Assembly (NCBI GenBank): GCA_964502655.1
Contig: CAZCXQ010000002.1
Location: 1 to 38,213 of the forward strand
Reading direction: 5' to 3'
Source: an uncultured Sphingorhabdus sp.
GTDB lineage: Bacteria > Pseudomonadota > Alphaproteobacteria > Sphingomonadales > Sphingomonadaceae
DNA length: 38,213 nt
Under the pieces are notes generated by a model. It was not told the origin of the DNA, made no database searches, and saw only the letters and a list, made by a program, of their open reading frames with translations. This document shows, one piece after another, positions 9,187 through 17,501 of this stretch; the stretch's first letter is position 1, and every line of letters starts with the position of its first letter. Both the position numbers and the translations under genes were made by a program.

Positions 9187-11739
9187 TTAGAACTTGTACT
9201 TCACCGATGCACCATAAGTGCGTGGTGCGTTTGGATAGCCCGAAATTGAACCGGACTGCACAACGCTTGGGAAAATGACGGAAAGATATTTCGCATTCGT
9301 CAAATTGCGGCCCCAAAGCGAGAACTGCATACCACTGTCCATACGCAACGTTATCGCTGCACTGAGGTCATTAACTTCGCGCTTATACTGACGCCAAGCT
9401 GGGTTTTCGTTAATAACGACCTTTGATTCATTGTGGTAATCGGCGTTCAGGATCAGCGCATTGCCGTCGTTCAATTCCGCCGTGTAAGTTGCGCCCAATG
9501 TTGTCGACAGTTTTGGAATGCCAGGTACCGCTTGGCCACTGACGTCGCCAAATTGCGATCCAACATAGCTGTCATATTTGGAGTCGAGATAGACAAAGGC
9601 TGCACGCAATTGCAGTGCGTCGGTCGGATTGACACTGCTGTCAAATTCGATCCCCTTTACTGACTGCTTACCGGCATTGGACAAAACAAAGCCCGTACCG
9701 ATGAAGCTGTTGCCCTGGAAGTTTTTGATCGATTGATCAAAGACTGTCAGATTGAAAGCAACACGATCCCATTTCGCTTTCAGACCCAATTCCATGACCG
9801 CTGCCTCTTCAGGAAGCGCATAACGCGTTCCGCTGGTGAGGTTAGCCAAGGCAAGACCCGCGGTCCGAATGGCCGACGGTGTTATCGGTGCGCCTTGTGC
9901 AGGTGAACCCGCGACGAAATCCGAAACGAATGGACGCGAGTCAATCGACATGTTCCAAGATGTCGCCTTAAATCCAGTACCATAGCTGGCATACAGGTTG
10001 ATATTGTCTGTGGCTTCCCAGGCAATACGTGCCGAATAGGTCAGCTTACCATCGCTGGTACGGCCATCTTCAACCGCATTTGGAAGGTTCAGGAACGGCG
10101 GCAAGAATTGCAGCGCCTGAAGGCCGAGGAACGGGTTACAAGCGGTTGGTGCACCATTTCTATTCGGGCAAGCCGTGATGCGTGGATACAAAGTGCTGGT
10201 ATTTCCGGCTGCACCTGTCGGTATAACCGCAGGGACGCCGGCTGCACCAGCAACCTGGATCAAATCGATGCTTGAGAACACGTCGGTAATCCGAATGTCG
10301 CTCGCAAGATTCTTCTTATCCTTGGTGTAGTTGAAACCACCCGTCAGCACGAGGCCGTCGGTGAGTTCAAGGTCTGCAGTACCGAAGATGGAATAGGCTT
10401 TGTTCTTATAATCCCAATCTTCAAAACGTCCTTGGCCTTGGCCACCAAATGGAGCGGCGGTTGAAGGGACGCCTGCCAATGCGCGGATGAGTGCTTCATT
10501 GCTGGCATATGCACCGCCGGTGAGGGCGTTTGCATAATTGCGGAAATCACGACCGAGCGTCAGTGCCTGTTTGTTGTTGATGCTTTCGTCAAAATAATAG
10601 GCACCCAGCAAGAAGTTGAATGGACCGTCAAAATCCGACGCCAAACGCAATTCCTGCGTTTTTGTGGTGATGTCCACATCGCCGCGGTTTTGTCCGATGA
10701 GGTCAGCGCTGGTGAAATCACTGTCCGCGTTCGTTTTTGCGCGTGATTCACGATAGGCGGTGATTGAGGTCAGGCTCAACGAACCCATTTCATAATCCGC
10801 CTGCATCGAGACACCACCATTGGTGATTTTGTTTTCCGATGCAAAGTTCTGATATTCGCTGAAGCTGAAGATACCAGCCGAGTTTACGCGACCACCGATA
10901 GCACGAATGGCTGCGCCGGTTGGACCGTCCAAGATATTGCCGACGAAGCAGCAATTTTCGTCAATCTTGTCATAGTCACCGATGAAGCGGAGCTTGAAGC
11001 TTTCCGAAGGTTCGATCAACAATTGTGCACGGCCATACCAGCGGTTACGCTCGCTTGTTTTTGATCCGTCAACCAAGTTGGTGCCGTAACCGTCCGCTTT
11101 GTTGATGCCGCCAGCAAGGCTGAAAGCAACATTGTCTGCGATCGGGCCAGTAACATCGGCCTTCGCTACGATTGCGTTACGATTGCCATAGCTGAGTTCA
11201 GCCGAACCGCCGAATTCATAGCTTGGTGCTGCAGTCACGATCGAGATAACGCCAGCCGAGGCGTTTTTGCCGAACAGGGTCGACTGTGGACCGCGCAACA
11301 CTTCGACGCGTTGCAGGTTTGGAAGATCGCTGATCGCTGCAGCGGAACGCGAACGGTAAACACCGTCGATGAACACGCCAACCGAGCCTTCGATGCCTGG
11401 GTTGTTGGCGCCGTTGCCGAAGCCGCGAATGATGAAGTTCGTGTTGGCTGAGCTTTGCAGCTGGCTGACGCGGAGTGAGGGAACGAGTGTCTGCAGATCC
11501 TTAAGGTCGCGCACTTGGGCGCGTTCGATTGCAGCAGCCGAGGTCACCGAAACAGCCACTGGCACTTCTTCAAGTGTCTGTTCGCGCTTCGTTGCGGTTA
11601 CGATGATAACATTTTCGTCAGCTTCGTCGCTTGCCTGTGGCGCAGTGTCTTGTGCGAACGCTACCGAGCCAGCGCTCAGCGACGCGATGCTGATCGTTGA
11701 CAGCATTGCAGCCTTCAGCAGATGATTTCCGAATTTCAT
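9187..11739 (-). CDS. TonB-dependent receptor, substrate unknown
   Basis: ATG at 11739 follows an AGGAGAG SD. It has a signal peptide ending AFAQ, IIVTATKRE TonB box, plug motifs IRGFG, VFIDGVY and VEVLRGPQSTLFGKNASAGVI, and C-terminal SVKYKF. Confidence 0.95.
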   Translation of the reverse strand: MKFGNHLLKAAMLSTISIASLSAGSVAFAQDTAPQASDEADENVIIVTATKREQTLEEVPVAVSVTSAAAIERAQVRDLKDLQTLVPSLRVSQLQSSANTNFIIRGFGNGANNPGIEGSVGVFIDGVYRSRSAAAISDLPNLQRVEVLRGPQSTLFGKNASAGVISIVTAAPSYEFGGSAELSYGNRNAIVAKADVTGPIADNVAFSLAGGINKADGYGTNLVDGSKTSERNRWYGRAQLLIEPSESFKLRFIGDYDKIDENCCFVGNILDGPTGAAIRAIGGRVNSAGIFSFSEYQNFASENKITNGGVSMQADYEMGSLSLTSITAYRESRAKTNADSDFTSADLIGQNRGDVDITTKTQELRLASDFDGPFNFLLGAYYFDESINNKQALTLGRDFRNYANALTGGAYASNEALIRALAGVPSTAAPFGGQGQGRFEDWDYKNKAYSIFGTADLELTDGLVLTGGFNYTKDKKNLASDIRITDVFSSIDLIQVAGAAGVPAVIPTGAAGNTSTLYPRITACPNRNGAPTACNPFLGLQALQFLPPFLNLPNAVEDGRTSDGKLTYSARIAWEATDNINLYASYGTGFKATSWNMSIDSRPFVSDFVAGSPAQGAPITPSAIRTAGLALANLTSGTRYALPEEAAVMELGLKAKWDRVAFNLTVFDQSIKNFQGNSFIGTGFVLSNAGKQSVKGIEFDSSVNPTDALQLRAAFVYLDSKYDSYVGSQFGDVSGQAVPGIPKLSTTLGATYTAELNDGNALILNADYHNESKVVINENPAWRQYKREVNDLSAAITLRMDSGMQFSLWGRNLTNAKYLSVIFPSVVQSGSISGYPNAPRTYGASVKYKF

Positions 11740-11922
11740 ATACACTCTCCTGTTGATCACTTTCCTCAGGCTTTCCGCCCTTTTTATTGGGGATGAAAGC
11801 GTAATTTGCCCCCTGCATCCCTTTGAATAGCCTTAAGGCGTAATAGGCTGTTAACGTTTGAAATGCTGCGCAGCAAATAGTTAGTTTCATTTGCAGAAAT
11901 ATAGCGGAAACTGCGATAAAAA

Positions 11923-11938
11923 TGTTACGCACGTAACA
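11923..11938. promoter_or_regulatory. Dyad-symmetric putative operator in the divergent TBDR/DUF2256 intergenic region
   Basis: TGTTACG-CA-CGTAACA has perfect 7-bp arms. The regulator is unknown. Confidence 0.5.
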
Positions 11939-11962
11939 CGCGCTCAAATATGGAATTTCGCA

Positions 11963-12103
11963 ATGCCCAAGATGGTCAAAAAATCAGACCTGCCGTCAAA
12001 AATATGCGCGGCATGTGAAAAGCCGTTTGCGTGGCGCAAAAAGTGGGCGAAAGATTGGGAAAATGTGCGCTTTTGTTCGGATCGGTGCAGGCGCGCGCGT
12101 TAA
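11963..12103 (+). CDS. DUF2256 family small Zn-finger-like protein (46 aa)
   Basis: [46 protein letters not shown] matches the DUF2256 pattern LPxKxCxxCxxPFxWRKKWxxxWxxVxYCSxRCR. The ORF-track start at 11891 is an upstream extension. Confidence 0.88.
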   Translation: MPKMVKKSDLPSKICAACEKPFAWRKKWAKDWENVRFCSDRCRRAR

Positions 12104-12134
12104 GCACGTTCTGGAGGGCCGCTGGTGCAGCGCA

Positions 12135-12884
12135 TCAGGTTGCTGCGACGCTGACGGCTTCATCATCCGCCCACCGCGCCAGAAGCAAGCCAGCGCGTGC
12201 GATGCTGGCTTCCTCTCCATGTTTTTGCGCAAGCTGTGCGCAAATGTCCACAAAGCGCAACGCCGGATTCATGTGCATGAAAATTTCCGCTTCGTCGGCA
12301 TCAACTATCCTAAAACACGGCTCCCAATCGCTTCTCCAAACAAGGATGTCGATCGGAACTTCCGCAGTTTTGGGTACTGGCGGGATTTCGGCGCGCGACA
12401 GTGCGGACCAAATCTTCGCTGCGTTGCTGGTGTGACGCAGCACTTGGCCCCCCGACGCATGCGTGAGGGAGACCTGTTCCCAATCGAGATGTGTGAACAT
12501 CTCCCGGGATAAGGGCAGTCGGTCGGCTGCAGTCTGGGCGTCGCTCAGCGCCAGTTCCAATTCGGCAAGTTCGTGTGCGACCAGATCATCGGGAAACAGC
12601 ATGCCGACTTCGGCGGCAAAGGATGCAGGGTAGGCGTCAAGCGTCCACGCAACTGGCGGCTGCGCCATGATATGGCAACGGGCGCCTGCGTGAAACCGGT
12701 CGCTGCCAAGCCATGTTCGCGTGTGGGGAAATGCGTGGTCAAGGCAATCTAGCAATTGCGTCCGGTAATTGTTGAGATAGACGTGAAGCCCTGGCTGCGC
12801 GGCATCGCCGAAGTCGGCGACGTAATCCGGGTTTCCGGTTTCGAGCCATCCCCTCATGGCCTGCTGTATGCTGGCGAGGTTCAA
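12135..12884 (-). CDS. bufC: DUF2063 family MNIO partner protein (BufC/HvfC-like, RiPP recognition element)
   Basis: It has LASIQQAM, GLHVYLNNYRTQLLDCLDHAFP, QPPVAWTLDAY, ELAELELAL, AKIWSA and LVWR. The TTG start overlaps the DUF692 stop (TTGA). Confidence 0.85.
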   Translation of the reverse strand: MNLASIQQAMRGWLETGNPDYVADFGDAAQPGLHVYLNNYRTQLLDCLDHAFPHTRTWLGSDRFHAGARCHIMAQPPVAWTLDAYPASFAAEVGMLFPDDLVAHELAELELALSDAQTAADRLPLSREMFTHLDWEQVSLTHASGGQVLRHTSNAAKIWSALSRAEIPPVPKTAEVPIDILVWRSDWEPCFRIVDADEAEIFMHMNPALRFVDICAQLAQKHGEEASIARAGLLLARWADDEAVSVAAT

Positions 12885-13705
12885 TGTCCCAATCCACGCT
12901 TTGCGGCAGCGTCCGCCCGCGCACGTGCCATTGCAAGTTCGTCGAGCAATTCGCCAATCGGGGGGATATTGTTGTCGCGTTCAATCATAACTGCCACGGG
13001 CCCGGCGCGGGTCATTGCGGTCTCAAAAAGATCCCAGACGGCGTCGCAAACGGGTTGATCGTGCGTATCGACCAGCACGTCCTGACCTTGGCTGTGGCCA
13101 GCGATATGGATCTGCCGCACATCAGCCATAGGAAAGTGCGCGATATAATCCGCAGGATCGAAACCCAGATTGCGGGCGCTTACATAGACGTTGTTCACAT
13201 CCAGCAGCAGGCCGCAGCCGGTTTGGGCACACAGTTTGGAGAGGAAATCCCATTCGGGCATCTCTGACTCGGTAAAACCGAGATAGGCGGACGGATTTTC
13301 GAGCAGTATCTGTCGCCCAAGTATATCTTGCGCCGCGTGAACATGGTTAGAAACGATGTCCAGCACCTCCTGCGTATAGGGCAGCGGGAGGAGGTCGTGC
13401 GAACTAAAGCCCGGGACCCGGGTCCAGCATAAATGGTCTGACACGAACAAAGGGTCGATCACATCGACCAATGCCCGAAGCCTCTGCACATAGTCCCGAT
13501 CGAGACCTGATACGGAGCCTACCGACATCGAAACACCGTGCAAGGCAACCGGGCATTTTTCCCGGACAGCCAATAAGTCCGCGAGCGGACGACCGCCGGG
13601 AAACATGAAATTTTCCGAGATTACCTCGGCAAAATCGAGTTGGACATTTCCCGACAGGACGTCTTCATAATGTGGCTTGCGCAGACCCAGCCCGAACAAC
13701 GTCAT
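12881..13705 (-). CDS. bufB: DUF692 multinuclear non-heme iron-dependent oxidative enzyme (MNIO; bufferin maturase)
   Basis: It has FGLGLR, EVISENF, LHGVSMS, SDHL, DLLPLPY, LLENPS, LLDVNN, HIAGH, DTH and IERD, so the usual MNIO metal-ligand motifs are present. It lies directly downstream of Cys-rich precursors. Confidence 0.95.
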   Translation of the reverse strand: MTLFGLGLRKPHYEDVLSGNVQLDFAEVISENFMFPGGRPLADLLAVREKCPVALHGVSMSVGSVSGLDRDYVQRLRALVDVIDPLFVSDHLCWTRVPGFSSHDLLPLPYTQEVLDIVSNHVHAAQDILGRQILLENPSAYLGFTESEMPEWDFLSKLCAQTGCGLLLDVNNVYVSARNLGFDPADYIAHFPMADVRQIHIAGHSQGQDVLVDTHDQPVCDAVWDLFETAMTRAGPVAVMIERDNNIPPIGELLDELAMARARADAAAKRGLGH

Positions 13706-13741
13706 TGGCTGTTGCTCATGACTGGTTCAGCAAGCGAATTA

Positions 13742-14014
13742 CTACTTGGCAGACTTGGCAGGAGGTGTGGTCTTGCCACCTTCTTTTTCGCATGTGCCCT
13801 TGGCGACATATTTCCATTCGCTAGGGGCATTATCGGATTTTGCCTGTCCTGCGCAGCTATGAACGCCATTCGCGTCAGCGCAGTCATTCTTGCCTGCCTT
13901 TGCAATGCCATAGCATTTTTCTTTGTCACCGGCTGCTGCTGCAGGCGTGGTGCTAAGCGCGACCGATACGGCGAGAGCCGCAATAGCGAATTTATGTTCG
14001 GTTTTCATGATCAC
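13742..14014 (-). CDS. bufA1: DUF2282/BufA1-type bufferin precursor peptide (copy next to MNIO)
   Basis: GTG start after a GGGA SD, a Sec signal peptide ending AAAA, and core [15 protein letters not shown]...HSCAGQA...[14 protein letters not shown] with four Cys. Confidence 0.92.
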   Translation of the reverse strand: MIMKTEHKFAIAALAVSVALSTTPAAAAGDKEKCYGIAKAGKNDCADANGVHSCAGQAKSDNAPSEWKYVAKGTCEKEGGKTTPPAKSAK

Positions 14015-14052
14015 TATGTTCCCATTTCATTAGATTTCGGTCGACATGATGC

Positions 14053-14082
14053 CAGCTAGTCCAAATTATTTTACAAGTATAT
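14053..14082 (-). promoter_or_regulatory. Conserved 30-bp upstream element of bufferin precursor (copy A)
   Basis: Minus strand ATATACTTGTAAAATAATTTGGACTAGCTG is 25/30 identical to 14536-14565 and ends 38 nt before the start codon. Confidence 0.7.
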
Positions 14083-14220
14083 GTAAAAGCGGGGAGGGCC
14101 TTTCGTGCGCGCCCCACATGGATGTCCGCGCATCAATGTACTTTGCGATATATGCACCCAGTGAATGGCCAGTCCAAACAACGCCATTGGCCGCCGCGAC
14201 AACTTGGTTCGGCAAAATAC

Positions 14221-14496
14221 CTACTTCTTGCCAGGGGGCATGACTTTTCCGCCGACTTTCTCGCATGTGCCTTTTGCGACGTATTTCCAGTCGTACGGAT
14301 TATTATCTGCTTTTGCTTGGCCTGCGCAGCTGTGGCTTCCGTCCGCACTAGCACAGTCATTGGCACCGGCTTTGGCAACACCAAAGCATTTTTCTTTGCT
14401 TGCTTTGTCACTGGCAGCCGCAGCAGGCGCGGTGCTGAGTGCGACTGATATGGCAAGCGCCGCGATGGCATATGTACGGTCTGATTTTAAGGTCAT
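14221..14496 (-). CDS. bufA1: Second DUF2282/BufA1-type bufferin precursor peptide (91 aa)
   Basis: ATG at 14496 follows a GGGG SD, and MTLKSDRT aligns with MIMKTEHK of the paralog. Signal peptide, then core [15 protein letters not shown]...HSCAGQA...[14 protein letters not shown]. Confidence 0.92.
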   Translation of the reverse strand: MTLKSDRTYAIAALAISVALSTAPAAAASDKASKEKCFGVAKAGANDCASADGSHSCAGQAKADNNPYDWKYVAKGTCEKVGGKVMPPGKK

Positions 14497-14535
14497 TTTT
14501 TGCCCCATATTGTGAAGATTGACTGTATAATAGTG

Positions 14536-14565
14536 CACCTAATCGAAAATATTTTTCAAGTATAT
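14536..14565 (-). promoter_or_regulatory. Conserved 30-bp upstream element of bufferin precursor (copy B)
   Basis: Minus strand ATATACTTGAAAAATATTTTCGATTAGGTG is 25/30 identical to copy A and ends 39 nt before the start codon. Confidence 0.7.
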
Positions 14566-14762
14566 TCGAAACTTACACGCACCACCCCAGTGCCCCGCAG
14601 TTAAGATGGACAAAAAGTGGCTGTAGATTAGGCGTATAACGATTACGGCGGCCATCGGTATATTTGACTTTGGGCCTATCCGGTTGTTCTTTTCATGGCG
14701 CCGTTTGGTGTTACATCTTCCCAAAACCGAAAAGTGAAACATCCGTCGCCAGACAAAAGAAC

Positions 14763-14776
14763 TGCAAACGATTGCA
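14763..14776. promoter_or_regulatory. LacI-family operator upstream of the sucrose-locus MFS gene
   Basis: TGCAAACGATTGCA is a near-palindrome with the central CG typical of LacI sites. The motif recurs at 17392, 17415 and 23669. Confidence 0.8.
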
Positions 14777-14836
14777 TGGCTTCGCAATCTATGCAAATAT
14801 CTTGTCCATAGATCAGAATTTGGGGGAGGATATCAC

Positions 14837-16171
14837 ATGCAAATCGCTGGCAAACCGCGATTGTCGCTCCTGAGAATCATCGAAATGAACATTGGCTTTT
14901 TTGGCCTACAGTTCAGTTTCGGCCTGCAACAAGCCAATATGGGGCCGATATACGGCTTCCTTGGGGCGGATGAGGCGACGATGCCCTTGCTTTGGCTCGC
15001 AGGGCCAATGACGGGCCTTATCATTCAACCCATTGTTGGGGCGATGAGTGACCGGACCAATTCGCGTTATGGCCGCCGGACGCCCTATTTCCTCATTGGT
15101 GCGATCCTGTGCAGCATCTGCCTGTTTCTGATGCCGTACAGTGCGGCCCTCTGGATGGCGGCGTCGCTGCTCTGGATATTGGATGCCGGCAATAATATTA
15201 CCATGGAACCCTATCGCGCCTATGTCGCCGACCGATTAGTGCCGGAGCAACGCGCCGTGGGTTTCCTGACCCAAAGCGCCTTTACCGGACTGGCGCAAAC
15301 GCTGTCCTATCTTGCGCCGACCTTGCTGACATCGTTTGTCGCCAAAGATGTGCTCGACGATAATGGCATTCCGGTCATTGTCCGCATCGCGTTCATTATT
15401 GGCGCGATCCTGTCTATTTCGACGATTATTTGGTCGGTCTGGCGGGTGCCCGAGCTGCCTTTGACCGATGCGGAAAAAACGGCCATCGATGCCAAGCCGA
15501 TGACGGTGAAGGCAACGATGATGGAAATCGTGGACGCCATCCGCGATATGCCAAAGCCGATGCGGCAACTGGCCGTTGCCATGCTGTGCCAATGGTATGC
15601 GATGTTCGCATATTGGCAATATATCAGCTTTGCCGTGGGCCGTTCGATTTATGACACGAGTGATCCAACAAGCGCCGCCTTTCGCGACGCGACGCTCACC
15701 GCGCAGCAGGCCGGGGCTTTGTATAATTTTATCGCCTTTTTGGGCGCATTGCTGTTAATTCCGATTGTCGCGCGATTGGGCGCGCGCTTCACGCATGCCA
15801 TATGTTTGGCAGCATCGGGCATCGCCATGTTGCTGTTACCGGGAGCTGACACGCCCGCGGCGCTTTTTGTGTTGATGATCGGTATCGGGATCGGCTGGGC
15901 CGGGATGATGGGTAATACCTATGTCATGCTGGCCGATTGCATTCCGGCGGATCGAACCGGAATTTATATGGGCATATTCAACATGTTCATCGTGATACCA
16001 ATGTTGATCCAGTCGCTCACAATGCCATTGATCTATCGCCCGTTACTCGGTGGAGATCCGCGCAACGTGTTGTTGTTGGGCGGCGTGCTGATGATAATGG
16101 GGGCGGCAGCCACATTGTTCATCAAGGCAGGCAATCGGGCGCCGGTTGAAAGAGCGTCCTTTGGCGGGTAA
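14837..16171 (+). CDS. MFS sugar:cation symporter (GPH/SLC45-like; SuxC-like probable sucrose transporter)
   Basis: GGAGG SD, about 12 hydrophobic segments, and motifs GFFGLQFSFGLQQ, LAGPMTGLIIQPIVGAMSDRT..RYGRRTPY, MEPYRA and GIYMGIFNMFIVIP. Substrate is inferred from context. Confidence 0.88.
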   Translation: MQIAGKPRLSLLRIIEMNIGFFGLQFSFGLQQANMGPIYGFLGADEATMPLLWLAGPMTGLIIQPIVGAMSDRTNSRYGRRTPYFLIGAILCSICLFLMPYSAALWMAASLLWILDAGNNITMEPYRAYVADRLVPEQRAVGFLTQSAFTGLAQTLSYLAPTLLTSFVAKDVLDDNGIPVIVRIAFIIGAILSISTIIWSVWRVPELPLTDAEKTAIDAKPMTVKATMMEIVDAIRDMPKPMRQLAVAMLCQWYAMFAYWQYISFAVGRSIYDTSDPTSAAFRDATLTAQQAGALYNFIAFLGALLLIPIVARLGARFTHAICLAASGIAMLLLPGADTPAALFVLMIGIGIGWAGMMGNTYVMLADCIPADRTGIYMGIFNMFIVIPMLIQSLTMPLIYRPLLGGDPRNVLLLGGVLMIMGAAATLFIKAGNRAPVERASFGG

Positions 16172-16244
16172 GGATGCGGGAAGGGGCTCTTTGCCATGCG
16201 GCAAAGGCGCCGTTTGGCGCATTATTGCGCGATCAAAGGGGTGA

Positions 16245-17270
16245 GTGAAGCGGATGGCTAATCAGGGCCGGATGACAATGAGTGGCCTTGCGAAATTGTC
16301 TGGCGTTGACATTTCCACGGTTTCCCGCGCGCTGAATGACAGCCCGTTGGTTAATGGCAAAACCAAAGACCATATCCTAAAGCTTGCGCATGAAACCGGC
16401 TATGCGATCAACGCCCGGGCGCGCAATTTGCGCAAGCAATCCAGCCAGACATTGGGTATCGTGATCCCCGTTTATCCGGGCTCTCACCAAAATCTTTCTG
16501 ATCCGTTCTTTCTGGAAATGATCGCTGCTGTGTCACAGGCGGCGGCAAAATTTGATTATGACCTCATCATCAACCTGCCCAATAGCCCGTCGGAAATTGC
16601 CGAGCGGCGCTTATTATTGTCCGGAAAAGCCGATGGCTTGATTGTTATCGGGCAGGCCGGACGCATTGAAAGATTGCGGTCATTGGGTGATGCCGCCGAC
16701 CGTGTTGTGGTGTGGGGCGGCATGATCGACGCGGCGGACTATACGCTGGTCGGCAGCGATAATTTCGAAGGCGGGCGACTTGTCGGAGAGCATCTCAAGA
16801 ACATCCGCCGCCGCAGGGTCGTGTTCCTGGGGGACATTGACCTTCCTGAGGTCGCGTTGCGCTACAATGGTTTGATGTCCGTTTGGAATGGTGACAGCGC
16901 TGACACGTCCGTGATGCATGTACGATCATCCTTTGACGGGCATGAAGCTTATCGCCAAACGCTGGCTTTGTGTGACGGTGCGGAACGCTTTGATGCCATT
17001 TTTGCGGCGTCCGACGTGTTGGCCATTGCTGCAATCCATGCTTTGCAGTCCAAGGGCCGTCGCGTACCCGAAGATGTCGCTGTCGTGGGATATGACAATA
17101 TCGGGCAAGCAGCCATGATTTCTCCCGGCTTGACCACCATTGATCAGAACATCAAATTGGGCGGCGAAATTTTGGTCAATACGCTTGTCGATAAGATTGC
17201 GGGCAATCCTGTCCGCGCAACCTTGACGCCCACAACGCTTGTGATTCGCGGAAGCACAGTCGGCGGTTAA
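16245..17270 (+). CDS. LacI family transcriptional regulator of the sucrose-type locus
   Basis: HTH MSGLAKLSGVDISTVSRALN, hinge NARARNL, and sugar-binding domain motifs DPFF, AASDVLA, VVGYDN and LTTIDQ. The start could be 16254. Confidence 0.93.
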   Translation: MKRMANQGRMTMSGLAKLSGVDISTVSRALNDSPLVNGKTKDHILKLAHETGYAINARARNLRKQSSQTLGIVIPVYPGSHQNLSDPFFLEMIAAVSQAAAKFDYDLIINLPNSPSEIAERRLLLSGKADGLIVIGQAGRIERLRSLGDAADRVVVWGGMIDAADYTLVGSDNFEGGRLVGEHLKNIRRRRVVFLGDIDLPEVALRYNGLMSVWNGDSADTSVMHVRSSFDGHEAYRQTLALCDGAERFDAIFAASDVLAIAAIHALQSKGRRVPEDVAVVGYDNIGQAAMISPGLTTIDQNIKLGGEILVNTLVDKIAGNPVRATLTPTTLVIRGSTVGG

Positions 17271-17391
17271 TTTCAGAACCACCGGGATCCAGCGACAGGG
17301 CTGGGACGCGATTTTTCTTCTCCGTAAAGGATCACATAAAATTCTGTAATATATGGGATATTTTTACACAAAATCACATTTTAGTAGCCTT

Positions 17392-17428
17392 TGCAATCGG
17401 TTGTATTTTTATATTGCAATCGTTTGTT
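17392..17428. promoter_or_regulatory. Tandem LacI-family operators upstream of the TBDR
   Basis: TGCAATCGGTTGTA (17392-17405) and TGCAATCGTTTGTT (17415-17428) are variants of TGCAATCGATTGCA with centres 23 bp apart. Confidence 0.72.
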
Positions 17429-17501
17429 TTTAGGCATATCCATGAGGAACAAAGTCAATAATTGTGCCAAAACGAACGGCGAAATTGGGAGGATATCTTA
17501 G

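Noticed and set aside
11761-11830. Possible riboswitch in the TBDR 5' leader (GGGATG/CATCCC pairing and a small GGAAA-loop hairpin)
   Set aside because: I saw no cobalamin B12-box, TPP or c-di-GMP consensus, and the stems are short. An Rfam/Infernal scan would settle it.
14066-14220. Possible third precursor or remnant between the two precursor genes
   Set aside because: No signal peptide or Cys pattern appears in the ORF-track frame or by eye.
13702-14471. Alternative-frame ORFs 13702-13983 and 14133-14471 that resemble each other
   Set aside because: The similarity comes from the duplicated precursor genes read in another frame.
16189-16230. Small tandem hairpins between MFS and lacI (CTTTGCC/GGCAAAG, GCGCC/GGCGC)
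   Set aside because: The stems are short with no U-tract, which is too weak to call a terminator.
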